A stretch of 64,000 nt of DNA from an uncultured delta proteobacterium. GTDB lineage: Bacteria; Myxococcota_A; Polyangia; Palsa-1104. The position numbers and the translations under genes are program-made. This document shows positions 54,541 to 64,000 of the stretch, piece after piece. The stretch covers positions 448,001-512,000 of the forward strand of contig CAWAWS010000039.1 of assembly GCA_963785725.1 (NCBI GenBank), written 5' to 3'. Within the stretch, counting starts at the first letter, position 1. Every line of letters starts with the position of its first letter. The notes below the pieces were generated by a model, which worked only from the letters and a program-made list of their open reading frames with translations, did not search any database and was not told the origin of the DNA.

Positions 54541-55068
54541 CTACAGCTTGGACGCCGGCACGATCTTCATCAGCAGACGCCGCTCGAGCGCCGTGCGTTC
54601 GGCCAGCTTCTGCTCGTCGCGGCCGAGCGCGCGCTTCGTCGTCGCCGATTGCAGCTCGTCGTCAGCCATCGCCGCCACCGCCGTCAGCATACGCATCGCC
54701 ACCAGCTCCTCGCGCGCCGTCGCCGTCTGCGCGCGCAACGCGATCAGCTGCTCGCGCGCCGCCGCCTTCTCGTCGCGCAGCGCCGTTCGTCGCGCGTTGG
54801 CGTCGTTCGCATCGGGCTCCGACGTCGTCGACTGCCGGCTCGCGCGCGCCGTCGTCTTCTCGTCGCGCGCCGCCGCCTTGCGCTGCTCCTTGGCCACTTC
54901 GTTGGCGTCGCGCCGTCGCTGCTTCATCGCTTCCTTGAACGCGACCTGCTTCGGATCGTTGGCGCGAAACTCCTTCGCCCGCGCGTAGGCTTTCTTGCGC
55001 AGCTGCTTGGCGAATTCCTTGCGTGACAGCTTCGCGTCTTTTTCTTTGGAGATCTGGTCGTCGTCCAT
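54541..55068 (-). CDS. Hypothetical charged coiled-coil protein
   Basis: Host-like codon usage; Lys/Arg/Glu-rich helix. Confidence 0.6.
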   Translation of the reverse strand: MDDDQISKEKDAKLSRKEFAKQLRKKAYARAKEFRANDPKQVAFKEAMKQRRRDANEVAKEQRKAAARDEKTTARASRQSTTSEPDANDANARRTALRDEKAAAREQLIALRAQTATAREELVAMRMLTAVAAMADDELQSATTKRALGRDEQKLAERTALERRLLMKIVPASKL

Positions 55069-55069
55069 C

Positions 55070-55267
55070 TCAGCCCAATCTTTCCACGAGATGCAGCGGC
55101 GCGCGATCGCGATCCTTCAGCGCCAAGATGTCTTTGAGATAACGCTCCGTCGCTTGATCCAACAGTGGCACGCGCTCGTCGGTCTTGGACATGCCGAGCA
55201 CGTCGCGAATGAGGCTGTACAGATCCGCTGCACCGTCGAGAATCATGGCCTGCTTCCGGTGATCCAT
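55070..55267 (-). CDS. Small hypothetical protein
   Basis: GGAGG upstream; ends 1 nt before the next gene. Confidence 0.5.
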   Translation of the reverse strand: MDHRKQAMILDGAADLYSLIRDVLGMSKTDERVPLLDQATERYLKDILALKDRDRAPLHLVERLG

Positions 55268-55393
55268 GGCGCCCCTCCAGGATGGTTATAGCTACACTGA
55301 TCGGATGTTCAGATCAAGGCGGCGCGCACGAAAAATGGATCGGCATGCAGTGACAAATAGTTACGAAGCGATCTCGGCCGCTCGCGATCATTG

Positions 55394-55411
55394 CTGACAC
55401 TACGCTGTCAG
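55394..55411. promoter_or_regulatory. Palindromic operator CTGACA-N6-TGTCAG upstream of the VOC gene
   Basis: ctgaca-ctacgc-tgtcag. Confidence 0.55.
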
Positions 55412-55462
55412 TTGCGGCTGCTACTCCTTGCGAAAGACGACGTCTTTGACGGCTCAAGGAGA

Positions 55463-55852
55463 ATGAACATGAAGCTCGCCTCGGTTCGCCTCGTCACCAA
55501 CGATCTCGATCGCCTCATCGCGTTTTACCAGCTGCTCACGGGCGTGGATGCCACGCGCGTGGCGCCGGAGTTTGCCGAGGTTCGCCTGGCCGGCGCCGTG
55601 CTGGCGCTGTCGACCGAGCGGATGGTCAAGCAGTTCAACGCCGGCGTGTGCGTCGCGGCCGCCAATCGCTCGGCGATCCTCGAGCTGCAGCTCGATCACG
55701 CCAACGACGTCGATGGCCTGCACTCGCGCTTGGCCGACGCGCGGGTCGACATCGCCATGCCGCCGACGACGATGCCGTGGGGTAATCGCTCGCTGTTGCT
55801 GCGCGATCCCGACGGCAACGTCGTCAACGTCTTCGCGCGGCCGGCGCCATAG
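55463..55852 (+). CDS. VOC/glyoxalase-bleomycin resistance family protein
   Basis: PWGNRSLLLRDPDGNVV; AAGGAG upstream. Confidence 0.9.
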   Translation: MNMKLASVRLVTNDLDRLIAFYQLLTGVDATRVAPEFAEVRLAGAVLALSTERMVKQFNAGVCVAAANRSAILELQLDHANDVDGLHSRLADARVDIAMPPTTMPWGNRSLLLRDPDGNVVNVFARPAP

Positions 55853-55881
55853 AAGACACGCCGATCTGCTAGCCTCGCTGC

Positions 55882-57003
55882 GTGCAACGGCGAGTGGTCT
55901 TGTTCGCGGGCGGCGGCACGGGCGGGCACATCTATCCCAATGTCGCGATCGTCGAGAAGCTGGCCGCGCTGCGCGCCGATCTGACGCCGTATTTCTTGGT
56001 GTCCGATCGTCCGGGCGACGCCGCGATGCTCGATCGGCTGGGATATCGCTATGCGCGCAGCCCGGTGCGTCCGCTGCCGCGGTTGAGCCGGCCGCTGGAA
56101 GTGGCGCGCTTTCTTTGGCGTTGGCGACAGGCGGTCGCGGCGGTGCGCGCGCTGTTGGCGTCGCAGCCGATCGCGGCGCTCGTCGCGACCGGCGGCTTCG
56201 TGTCGGGTCCCGCGATCGTGGCGGCGGCGCGCATGGGCTTGCCGCGCGCGCTCGTCAATTTGGATGCGCTGCCGGGAAGGGCGAACCGCCGGCTCGCGCG
56301 CTCGGCTTCACAGGTGCTGACGGTCTATCCGAGTGCCGTGCTGCCGACGGCGACGCCGATTGGCTTTCCGCTGCGTGCCGCGTCGCGCACGCCGGGAAGC
56401 CAGGCGGAGGCGCGTGCCGCGCTCGGGCTGGCGCTCGAGCCGCACGTGCCGCTGCTCTTCGTCACCGGCGCGACCCACGGCGCGGAATCGATCGTTCGCA
56501 TGATGACGGCTTGGTGCGAGTCGGTGGAGTGGCGTCGGTCGCTGCAAGGCTGGCACGTGCTGCACCAATGCGGCGCCTTGCCGCTCGAGCCCATCGCGCG
56601 CGCTTACGCCGCCGCGGGATTGCACGCGACGGCCGTGGCCACGGTGGCCCAGATGGGCTGCGCGTTCGGCGCGGCCGATCTGGCCATCGGTCGCGCCGGC
56701 GCCGGCACCGTCGCCGAGGCGTGGGCCAATGCCACACCGACCGTCTTCCTTCCCAATCCCTACCACCACGACCAACACCAGCGACACAATGCGCAGCCGA
56801 TGGTCGATGCGGGTGGTGCGCTCGTTCTGCAAGATCGGATCGACGCGCCCGCCAATCTCGCGGCCACGGTTCCCGTCATTGCGCAGCTGTTGAGCGACGA
56901 ATCGCGCCGGCGGACGATGCACGCAGCCCTGTTGGCCTCGCGACCTTCCGATGGCGCAGCGGCGGTGGCGGCATGGATCTCGGCGGTCGTCGCCGCTCGC
57001 TAG
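55882..57003 (+). CDS. MurG-like GT28 glycosyltransferase
   Basis: AGGGTGGHIYP, TGGFVSGP, GFPLR, GRAGAGTVAE, HQRHNA. Confidence 0.85.
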   Translation: MQRRVVLFAGGGTGGHIYPNVAIVEKLAALRADLTPYFLVSDRPGDAAMLDRLGYRYARSPVRPLPRLSRPLEVARFLWRWRQAVAAVRALLASQPIAALVATGGFVSGPAIVAAARMGLPRALVNLDALPGRANRRLARSASQVLTVYPSAVLPTATPIGFPLRAASRTPGSQAEARAALGLALEPHVPLLFVTGATHGAESIVRMMTAWCESVEWRRSLQGWHVLHQCGALPLEPIARAYAAAGLHATAVATVAQMGCAFGAADLAIGRAGAGTVAEAWANATPTVFLPNPYHHDQHQRHNAQPMVDAGGALVLQDRIDAPANLAATVPVIAQLLSDESRRRTMHAALLASRPSDGAAAVAAWISAVVAAR

Positions 57004-57031
57004 TCGAGGATGCGCTCGAGCGGCGGAAATG

Positions 57032-57787
57032 CTAGTGCTTGATGCGATTGAGCGCGGCGAACGTCTGCGGATAGCGGCCTTCGGCCTCGGCGTTGCTCAG
57101 GAACTTCACGCGCTCGACGAACACCTCGGGCGCGTTCGGATGCGCCTTCAGGAGCTGCATCGTCTCGGCGATGTAGTCGGCCAGCGGCAGCATCTCCGGA
57201 TTCTGCTTTTGCCCCGGCAAGAGATCCGTCTGCACGCCCGGCGGCACGAGCTCGATGACCTCGGTCGTCGTGCCCGCCAGCTGCGCGCGCAAGCTCTGCG
57301 AATAGGAGTGAATCGCCGCCTTCGTCGCGCAGTACGTGGGCGTCAGCGTCAGCGGCACGAACGCCAAGCCCGACGAAACCGTCATGATCGTCGAGCGCGG
57401 CTGCCGGCGTAACAGCGGCAAGAACGCCTGCGTCAGCCGAATCGGGCCGAGCAGATTCGTCGTCACGATGGCCACCGCGTCCGCCACATCGTCGGGCTGC
57501 TCGAGCAGCTTCTCGACGCGCATGATGCCGGCGTTGTTGACGAGCACGTTCAGCGTCGGCTGCTCCGCCGTCATCTGCGCCGCCAGCTTGTGGATCGCGG
57601 CCGCGTCGTCGACGTCGAGCACGACCGACTTCATGCCGCGATGGGCCGCCGTCACCTCGTCGAGCGCCGCCTTGCGCCGGCCGGTGATGATGACCTGGTT
57701 GTCGAGCGCGTGGAACGACTCGGCCAGCGCGCGACCGATGCCGGTGCCGCCGCCGGTGATGAGGATCGTATTGCCGCTGATGTTCAT
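57032..57787 (-). CDS. Short-chain dehydrogenase (DltE-like)
   Basis: TGGGTGIG, NNAG, YCATKAA. Confidence 0.92.
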   Translation of the reverse strand: MNISGNTILITGGGTGIGRALAESFHALDNQVIITGRRKAALDEVTAAHRGMKSVVLDVDDAAAIHKLAAQMTAEQPTLNVLVNNAGIMRVEKLLEQPDDVADAVAIVTTNLLGPIRLTQAFLPLLRRQPRSTIMTVSSGLAFVPLTLTPTYCATKAAIHSYSQSLRAQLAGTTTEVIELVPPGVQTDLLPGQKQNPEMLPLADYIAETMQLLKAHPNAPEVFVERVKFLSNAEAEGRYPQTFAALNRIKH

Positions 57788-57809
57788 GTGCACCCTCCGT
57801 CGCCGGGAA

Positions 57810-57826
57810 ATATAGAGCTGGAATAT
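57810..57826. promoter_or_regulatory. LysR-type box in the divergent promoter
   Basis: ATAT-N9-ATAT in the AT-rich gap between the SDR and LysR genes. Confidence 0.55.
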
Positions 57827-57859
57827 GCAGTAATACAGTGAATAAGATGTATGTGACAC

Positions 57860-58810
57860 ATGAACACAGTTTATGAACGCGATCTCGACCTCAACCTGCT
57901 GCGCGTGTTCGCCGTCGTCGCCGATGCCGGCAGCGTCACCGTCGCCGCGTCGCGGCTGTATCTGACGCAGCCGGCGGTGAGCGCCGCCTTGCGCCGCTTC
58001 GCCGCGTTCGTCGGCGCCGAGCTGTTCGCGCGCCAAGGGCGCGGCCTCGTCTTGACCAGCCGCGGCGCCGAGCTGTTGGCGGCGACGCGTCATCACTTGG
58101 GCCCGCTCGTCGACGCCGTGATGGCGCCGCCGACGTTCGATCCGCGCAGCTCGACGGCGACGGTGCGCCTCGGCCTGTCGGAGTCGACCGAAGGCTGGAT
58201 CCTGCCGCCGCTGCTGGCGATCTTGCGCGACGAGGCGCCGGGGCTGCAGATCCTCGTCCTGCCGGTGCAGTTTCGGACGATCGAGGAGGCGCTGTTGTCG
58301 CGGCGCGTGGATCTGGCGGTCAGCATCGCCGACGAGCTGCCGAAGTCGGTGCAGCGACGGGCGCTGTTCACGTCGGGCTTCGTGTGCGTCTTCGATCCGC
58401 GGCACGTGAAGCTGACGAAGAGCCTGTCGGAGAAGGACTACTTCGCGCACGAGCACGTCGTCGTGTCGTACGCGGGCGACGTGCGCGGCATCGTCGAGGA
58501 CGCGACCGGCAAGAGCCGCAAGGTGCGCGTCTCGGTGCCGTCGTTCAACGCCGTCGCCGACGTCGTCGCCGGCTCGGCGCTGCTGGCGACGCTGCCGGAG
58601 ACGATGGCGCGCCATCTGTTGCGCCATCGTCCCGAGCTGCGCGCGCTGCCGATGCCGTTCTCGCTCGAAGGCTCGGCGATGGAGCTGTTGTGGCTCAAGC
58701 TCGCCGACGAAGATCCGGTGTCGCGCTTCATGCGCGGCGTCGTCGAGCGCGCGTTGCCGTCAGCGCCGCTGAACGTCGCCAAGCCGCGTCGGAAGAAGCC
58801 GAAACGTTAG
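57860..58810 (+). CDS. LysR-family regulator
   Basis: DLNLLRVF..SVTVAASRLYLTQPAVSAALRR. Confidence 0.93.
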   Translation: MNTVYERDLDLNLLRVFAVVADAGSVTVAASRLYLTQPAVSAALRRFAAFVGAELFARQGRGLVLTSRGAELLAATRHHLGPLVDAVMAPPTFDPRSSTATVRLGLSESTEGWILPPLLAILRDEAPGLQILVLPVQFRTIEEALLSRRVDLAVSIADELPKSVQRRALFTSGFVCVFDPRHVKLTKSLSEKDYFAHEHVVVSYAGDVRGIVEDATGKSRKVRVSVPSFNAVADVVAGSALLATLPETMARHLLRHRPELRALPMPFSLEGSAMELLWLKLADEDPVSRFMRGVVERALPSAPLNVAKPRRKKPKR

Positions 58811-58822
58811 TCGCGCGGGCGG

Positions 58823-59503
58823 TTACGGCTCGTAGTCGGCGAGCAGCGCCGGCGGGCCGCCGCGCGGGTCGTTGGCCAGCGCGCGCTCGGGAATGCCGCC
58901 GGTCACGCGCTCCGTCGCCAGCGTGCCGCGCAGCCACAAGGTGCGCTCGACCATGACGCGAAAGACGCGCTCCATCGCCTGCCGCACGGGCGCGCCGTCG
59001 AGGATGCCGAGCGCGCGCGCGATCGCCTCCAGCGTCGCCAGCCGGCCGGCGTGAAATTCGGCGCGCAGGCGATAGATCGTCGGCTCGTCGGGCGGCAGCG
59101 TCACGCACGGCACGCCGGTCAAGCCGGCCACGCGGTTGGGCACTTTCGAGGCCTGCCGCCACGTTCCATCGGGCACGATCAGCGTCACCGGCCGCGGCGA
59201 CTGCGCGTACTCGGTGATCGGCACCGCCTGCTCATGCGGGAACAAGAGCAGCGGCTGGCGCGCGGGATCGTCGACGAAGCGCGGCTCGGGCTCGTTCATC
59301 ACGCCGCGCAGCATGACCTCGCTGTTGGGCAGGCAGCGCGTGGCCAACAGGCCCGTATTCGTCGGTTTCCGCTCTTCGATGCGATGGATGACGAGCACGA
59401 GCCGCGTCCGCGTCTGCAGCTGCGGGATCAGATCGCACACGCACAGCACGTCGTGCATGCGGCAGCGACGGCAGCGCGCCTCGACGTTGTCGCGCCTACT
59501 CAT
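58823..59503 (-). CDS. DTW-domain tRNA aminocarboxypropyltransferase (second copy)
   Basis: CRRC....CVC, KPTNTG, PDGTWRQA, LATLEA. Confidence 0.9.
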   Translation of the reverse strand: MSRRDNVEARCRRCRMHDVLCVCDLIPQLQTRTRLVLVIHRIEERKPTNTGLLATRCLPNSEVMLRGVMNEPEPRFVDDPARQPLLLFPHEQAVPITEYAQSPRPVTLIVPDGTWRQASKVPNRVAGLTGVPCVTLPPDEPTIYRLRAEFHAGRLATLEAIARALGILDGAPVRQAMERVFRVMVERTLWLRGTLATERVTGGIPERALANDPRGGPPALLADYEP

Positions 59504-60194
59504 GCGCTACGACCCGCGGCAGCTGTAGCAGCTGGAGCGGCAAACCCAAGTCTTCGGGCGTGGGCGCGTGCACGACCATGGGCGCGCGCGTCGTGGGGTG
59601 CGCGAACGCCAGATAATGCGCGTGCAGCGCCAGCCGATGCAGCTGATACGTCGCGCGATAATGACGATTGAGCGCGCCCGAGCCGTAGTTGACGTCGCCG
59701 ATGAGCGGATGGCTCAGGTGCTTCATGTGCCGGCGAATCTGATGCAGCCGTCCGGTCTCCGGCATCGCTTCCACGAGCGAGCAGCGGTCGATGGGCGAGC
59801 GCGCGATCAGGCGAAAGCGCGTCACCGCCGGCACGCGTTCGCCCGCCTCCTTCTTCGGCACGGGGTGGTCGATGACGCCGGCTTGGGGCGGCTGTCCGCG
59901 CACCAGCGCCAGGTAGCGCTTGTCGACGCGGCCGGCTTCGAAGTCGCCGCACAGCGTGGCCGCGGCGTCGCGATGGCGCGCGAACAAGAGCACGCCGCTG
60001 GTCGCGCGATCGAGCCGATGCACGACGTGGACGTGCGCGCCGACCGCGTCGCGGACGCGAAAGAGGGCCACGTCGTCGTCGTCGTCCCAGCCGCGATGGA
60101 CGAGCAGCCCCGACGGCTTGTTGGCGACGACGATGTCCGCGTCGGCGTACAACAGCTCGATGCCGATGGGGGCGGCGGAAGCGGGCGAAACCAT
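59496..60194 (-). CDS. RluA-family pseudouridine synthase (TruC-like)
   Basis: NKPSGLLVH, HRLDRATSG, TGRLHQIRRH, GDVNYG. Confidence 0.92.
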   Translation of the reverse strand: MVSPASAAPIGIELLYADADIVVANKPSGLLVHRGWDDDDDVALFRVRDAVGAHVHVVHRLDRATSGVLLFARHRDAAATLCGDFEAGRVDKRYLALVRGQPPQAGVIDHPVPKKEAGERVPAVTRFRLIARSPIDRCSLVEAMPETGRLHQIRRHMKHLSHPLIGDVNYGSGALNRHYRATYQLHRLALHAHYLAFAHPTTRAPMVVHAPTPEDLGLPLQLLQLPRVVAHE

Positions 60195-60365
60195 GCGCAG
60201 GCAGGGTGTACCGCAGTTTTACGGAGCCGTCGGACCATTTTGCGCCGTCCGGGCGATCGTCAACCGGAAGTTTCCCAGTGATGCCGGCAGCCTCCGGCGC
60301 CACTCGCTAAAGTACGCGATATCGCTGGGAACGCGCTTGGTGCGGCGGTTGCGATAGCGCCAACC

Positions 60366-61559
60366 ATGAACCTTCGTACGACCTTGGCTCTGACGCTCGT
60401 GACGGCGATGTGCGGCTGCGGCGGCGCGATGGACAGCAGCGGCAAAGACGGCAACGGCGCCGGCGGCGGCAGCACGAGCAACGGCGGCGGCAGCACGTCG
60501 AGCGGCGGCGGCAGCACGAGCAATGGCGGTGGCAACACGTCGAGCGGCGGCGGCAGCGGCGCCAGCGCGCCGCCTTCGCTCGTGTTCAGCCCGTACAAAG
60601 ACACCAGCATCAACATGAACTGGAACACGAACCTCATCACCACCAACGTCTCGGGCACGCCGACCGGCCTCGCCGCCGACCTGACGAAGAACGGCGGCAA
60701 GACCATCACGCTCGCGTTCGCGACCGGCGAGTGCGGCAGCGAGAACTTCGGCGGCGTGCCCGGCGCGGCGATGGCGACCGCCAACGTCTCGGTGTTGAGC
60801 GGCGCCGGCGTCGACTACATCGTCTCGACCGGTGGCGCGGCCGGCTCGTTCACCTGCGGCAGCGACGCCGGCTTCCAGACGTTCGTCGGCCGTTGGGCTT
60901 CCGACAACTTGATCGGCATCGACTTCGACATCGAAGCCGGCCAGTCGACGCAGGTGATCGGCGACCTCATCACGCGGATCAAGTCGGCACACGCCATGTA
61001 TCCGAAGCTGCGCTTCAGCTTGACCCTGGCGACGCTGGCCGACAACGCCGGCGACGCCACGGCCAAGTCGCTCGGCGCCGGCGCGCCCGACAGCTTCAAC
61101 AGCTTCGGCGACAACACGCTGGCGGCGGTCAAGAGCGTGCTCGGCTTCGACGGCACTGCCGCGACCTGGCCGAGCTACGTCACGGTCAACTTGATGACCA
61201 TGGATTACGGCAGCCCGTCGAAGAACGTCTGCGTCGTCGCCAATTCGTTGTGCCAAATGGGGCAGTCGGCGCTGCAGGCCGCCTACAACTTGCACGATCA
61301 CTTCGGCGTGCCCTACAGCAACATCGAGCTCACGCCCATGATCGGCGGCAACGACGCGCAGGACGAGAAGTTCACGCTCGACGACGTCGACACCGTCTCG
61401 CAGTTCGCCATCGCGCAGGGCTTGGCCGGCGTGCACCACTGGTCGTACGACCGCGACGACGACTGCAGCGACACCTACGCCTCGCCGACGTGCAACTCCA
61501 TCGGCAACGCCGGCACTTACGGTTACTTGAAGCGCTTCCTCGCCGCCGGCATGCACTAA
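60366..61559 (+). CDS. GH18 chitinase-like lipoprotein
   Basis: Lipobox MCGC; FSPYKD, GIDFDIE, VNLMTMDYG, LTPMIG, WSYDRD. Confidence 0.85.
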   Translation: MNLRTTLALTLVTAMCGCGGAMDSSGKDGNGAGGGSTSNGGGSTSSGGGSTSNGGGNTSSGGGSGASAPPSLVFSPYKDTSINMNWNTNLITTNVSGTPTGLAADLTKNGGKTITLAFATGECGSENFGGVPGAAMATANVSVLSGAGVDYIVSTGGAAGSFTCGSDAGFQTFVGRWASDNLIGIDFDIEAGQSTQVIGDLITRIKSAHAMYPKLRFSLTLATLADNAGDATAKSLGAGAPDSFNSFGDNTLAAVKSVLGFDGTAATWPSYVTVNLMTMDYGSPSKNVCVVANSLCQMGQSALQAAYNLHDHFGVPYSNIELTPMIGGNDAQDEKFTLDDVDTVSQFAIAQGLAGVHHWSYDRDDDCSDTYASPTCNSIGNAGTYGYLKRFLAAGMH

Positions 61560-61600
61560 CCAAGGCTGGCGCGCGGCCGCGCTCGCGGTAAGCTGCGCCG

Positions 61601-62125
61601 ATGGACGCCCATCACGACCAAGTCGCCCGTCGCCGCGCCGAGCTCGCGGCCACGCCGCCGCGCCTCTACTTCGCCTATTCGACCATCCTCGACAGCCAAG
61701 CGTTCGACGAATGGCGTACGCAGCACGGCTATCAAGACTTCCGCCTGCCCGAGAGTCGCCTCGCCGAAGCCGTCGACCTCGATCTCGTTTACGACTTTCC
61801 GTCGCGCTGGTGGGGTGGTCGCGTCGCCGGCCTCGTCGACAAGCCCGGCGCCAAAATTTATGGACGGGTCTATGAAATCGCCGGCGCCGACTGGCCGATC
61901 CTCGAGCACAAAGAGGGCGCCGTCACCGGCATGTCGGTCGCGCGCCCGGTCAAGCTCGTCGTCGACGGCCAGGAGGTCGCCGCCAGCGCGTTCACGACCA
62001 ATCCCGGCCGCGCGTCGAGCGACGGGCCGGTGAGCGCGCGCTTCTTGGAGGCGCTCGTGCGCGGCGCCAAGAGCGCGCAATTGCCCGCCGAATACATCGC
62101 ACGCCTCGCGTCCGGCGCGCGTTGA
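61601..62125 (+). CDS. Gamma-glutamylcyclotransferase-like protein
   Basis: YFAYS, W.G.VA.L, YGRVYEI, LEHKEG, LPAEYI. Confidence 0.75.
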   Translation: MDAHHDQVARRRAELAATPPRLYFAYSTILDSQAFDEWRTQHGYQDFRLPESRLAEAVDLDLVYDFPSRWWGGRVAGLVDKPGAKIYGRVYEIAGADWPILEHKEGAVTGMSVARPVKLVVDGQEVAASAFTTNPGRASSDGPVSARFLEALVRGAKSAQLPAEYIARLASGAR

Positions 62126-62129
62126 CGCG

Positions 62130-63551
62130 TTGACGCGCGCTCACCAGTATCGCGCCGACCCGCGCACGCCGGCGCTCGGTGCCGGCTTCTTCGACGTCGT
62201 GACCGCGGCGCAGTTTCCGCGGCATATTTTGCGCTTTCGCAATCAGCGCTGGGCGGCGCGCGTCGGCTTGGACGGGCTCGACGACGCGGCTTGGACGGCG
62301 CATTTCGCGCAATTTCAGCCGCTGCCGGACAACCTGCCGCAGCCGTTGGCGCTGCGTTATCACGGCTATCAATTCCGCACCTACAACGCCTATCTCGGCG
62401 ACGGGCGCGGCTTCTTGTTCGCGCAGCTGCGCGACGCCCGCGACGGCCGGCTGCTCGACCTCGGCACCAAAGGCTCGGGCCGCACGCCGTGGTCGCGCAA
62501 CGGCGACGGCAAGCTGACGCTCAAGGGCGGCGTGCGCGAGATCTTGGCCACCGAAATGTTGGAGGCGCTCGGCGTCTACACGTCCAAGTCGTTCAGCCTC
62601 TTCGAGACCGGCGAAGCCTTGATGCGCGGTGACGAGCCCTCGCCGACGCGCAGCTCGGTGCTGGTGCGCTTGAGCCACAGCCACGTCCGCTTCGGCACGT
62701 TCGAGCGACAAGCGCGCGAGGAGGACAAAGCCGCGCTCGTGCGCCTGTGCGACTTCACCGCCGCCACCTATTTCCCGCAGCTCGGCGACGGCAATCCCGA
62801 GCGCCTGTTCGCCGAGATCGTGCGCGGCGCCGCCCAGCTCACCGGCAGCTGGATGGCCGCCGGCTTCGTCCACGGCGTGCTCAACACCGACAACATGAAC
62901 GTCACCGGCGAGAGCTTCGACTACGGCCCATGGCGCTTCTTGCCGCACCTCGATCCGCTGTTCACCGCCGCCTACTTCGACGACGCCAAGCTCTACGCCT
63001 ACGGCCGCCAGCCGGAGTCGGTGCGCTGGAACTTGGAGCGGCTCGCCGATGCGCTCGTCACCATCGCGCCGCGTTCGCATTTGGAGCGCGCGTTGGTCGA
63101 ATTCGAAGCGCTGTATCTGCAGTCGCTGACGACGCAGCTGCTGGCGCGACTGGGGATTGCGCCGATCGATCGCGTGTCCGATGCCATCTTGGGCGGGCAA
63201 ATCCTCTGTTTCCTGCAGCGGACGCAGCTGCCGTTCGATCGCTTCTTCTTCGACTGGTTCGGCGGCGCGGCAGCGACGGCGCGCGCGCTCGCCGGCCCCT
63301 TCGCCAACGCCTACGACGCCGCGGATTTCGCGCCCGTCCGGCGCGCCTTCGAAGCGCGCGCGCCGACCGCGCCGGCGGCGCTCGGCGATCCCTATTGGCT
63401 CGGCGCCGGTCCGACGACCATGCACATCGACGAGGTCGAGCGCGTCTGGTCCGCCATCGCCGAGCGCGACGACTGGCAGCCGTTCGAGCGCAAGATCGCC
63501 GACGTGCGCGCCCTCGGTCGCTTGCTCGGCCACGCGCCCATCGCCCCTTGA
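62130..63551 (+). CDS. selO: Protein adenylyltransferase SelO/YdiU
   Basis: YHGYQF, LGDGRG, KGSGRTPWSR.GDG, GFVHGVLNTDNM, FDYGP. Confidence 0.93.
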   Translation: MTRAHQYRADPRTPALGAGFFDVVTAAQFPRHILRFRNQRWAARVGLDGLDDAAWTAHFAQFQPLPDNLPQPLALRYHGYQFRTYNAYLGDGRGFLFAQLRDARDGRLLDLGTKGSGRTPWSRNGDGKLTLKGGVREILATEMLEALGVYTSKSFSLFETGEALMRGDEPSPTRSSVLVRLSHSHVRFGTFERQAREEDKAALVRLCDFTAATYFPQLGDGNPERLFAEIVRGAAQLTGSWMAAGFVHGVLNTDNMNVTGESFDYGPWRFLPHLDPLFTAAYFDDAKLYAYGRQPESVRWNLERLADALVTIAPRSHLERALVEFEALYLQSLTTQLLARLGIAPIDRVSDAILGGQILCFLQRTQLPFDRFFFDWFGGAAATARALAGPFANAYDAADFAPVRRAFEARAPTAPAALGDPYWLGAGPTTMHIDEVERVWSAIAERDDWQPFERKIADVRALGRLLGHAPIAP

Positions 63552-63575
63552 GTTGGCGCGCGTTACAATCGGCGC

Positions 63576-63947
63576 ATGACGACGATCGAGATTCTCGGCG
63601 GTAAGCTGCAGCTGACGGTGAACGGCCTCGACGTCATCCTCGCCTTCAAACGCCACTTGGAGATTCCGCTGGCGCACGTGCGCGGCGCCGTCGTCGGTAT
63701 CACGCCGGCGGCGCACGAGCAGCTGCGCAAGAGCTGGAAAGCGCCGGGCTCGAGCGTGGCAGGCGTGCTCACCGCCGGCAGCTACGTCGACGACGGCCGC
63801 TGGATGTTTTGGGACGTGCACCACTCCGGCGAGCACGCGATCACGATCACGATCGCGCACGAGCGCTACGAAGCGATCGTCGTCGATGTCGAGGATCCGG
63901 CGGCGACCGTCGCCAAGATCGACTATTTCCTGCAGCGCCAAGCCTGA
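63576..63947 (+). CDS. Hypothetical protein (bacterial PH-like)
   Basis: LEIPLAHV, APG......G.Y, FWDV, VVDVEDP. Confidence 0.65.
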   Translation: MTTIEILGGKLQLTVNGLDVILAFKRHLEIPLAHVRGAVVGITPAAHEQLRKSWKAPGSSVAGVLTAGSYVDDGRWMFWDVHHSGEHAITITIAHERYEAIVVDVEDPAATVAKIDYFLQRQA

Positions 63948-64000
63948 CGTTACGCGGTTGAAACGGCGACGTTCGCGAGTCGTCGCGCGACAGTCGACAG

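Overview
GC-rich bacterial DNA that looks like Myxococcota (Polyangia-like). The evidence is many Gly-linker lipoproteins, a Ser/Thr kinase-TPR protein, an FHA-sigma54 activator and an ADYC-domain protein. I found no rRNA, tRNA, transposase, integrase or true CRISPR. Highlights: (1) A six-gene minus-strand cluster at 17953-28766 with the lipstatin (lstA-F) gene order: two KAS III-like genes, an OleC-type beta-lactone synthetase, an OleD/3beta-HSD reductase, a C-A-PCP NRPS, and a GNAT in place of the formyltransferase. The A-domain code read by eye (DLTKIGEIGK) points to Asn, so the predicted product is an esterastin-type N-acetyl-Asn beta-lactone, in a non-actinomycete. (2) The cluster carries many degenerate tandem repeats. 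Those in genes stay in frame, and those at gene junctions form chains of stop/start-overlapped mini-ORFs that preserve translational coupling. (3) A PlpX-like (splicease-type) radical SAM/SPASM enzyme is coupled to a zinc-ribbon/lipobox/YG precursor. (4) An rbfA-paralog/rtcB operon sits behind a 16-aa leader peptide. (5) A ~10 x 46-bp hairpin array follows the kinase. (6) A lipoprotein CAZyme block (GH76, GtaA-like, GH36/27-like, GH18) fits fungal mannoprotein digestion. The rest is housekeeping and tRNA modification (tgt, MnmC-type MTase, two DTW proteins, a pseudouridine synthase, zwf, 2-oxoacid dehydrogenase E1, SelO). All family calls come from motifs read by eye; no searches were run.
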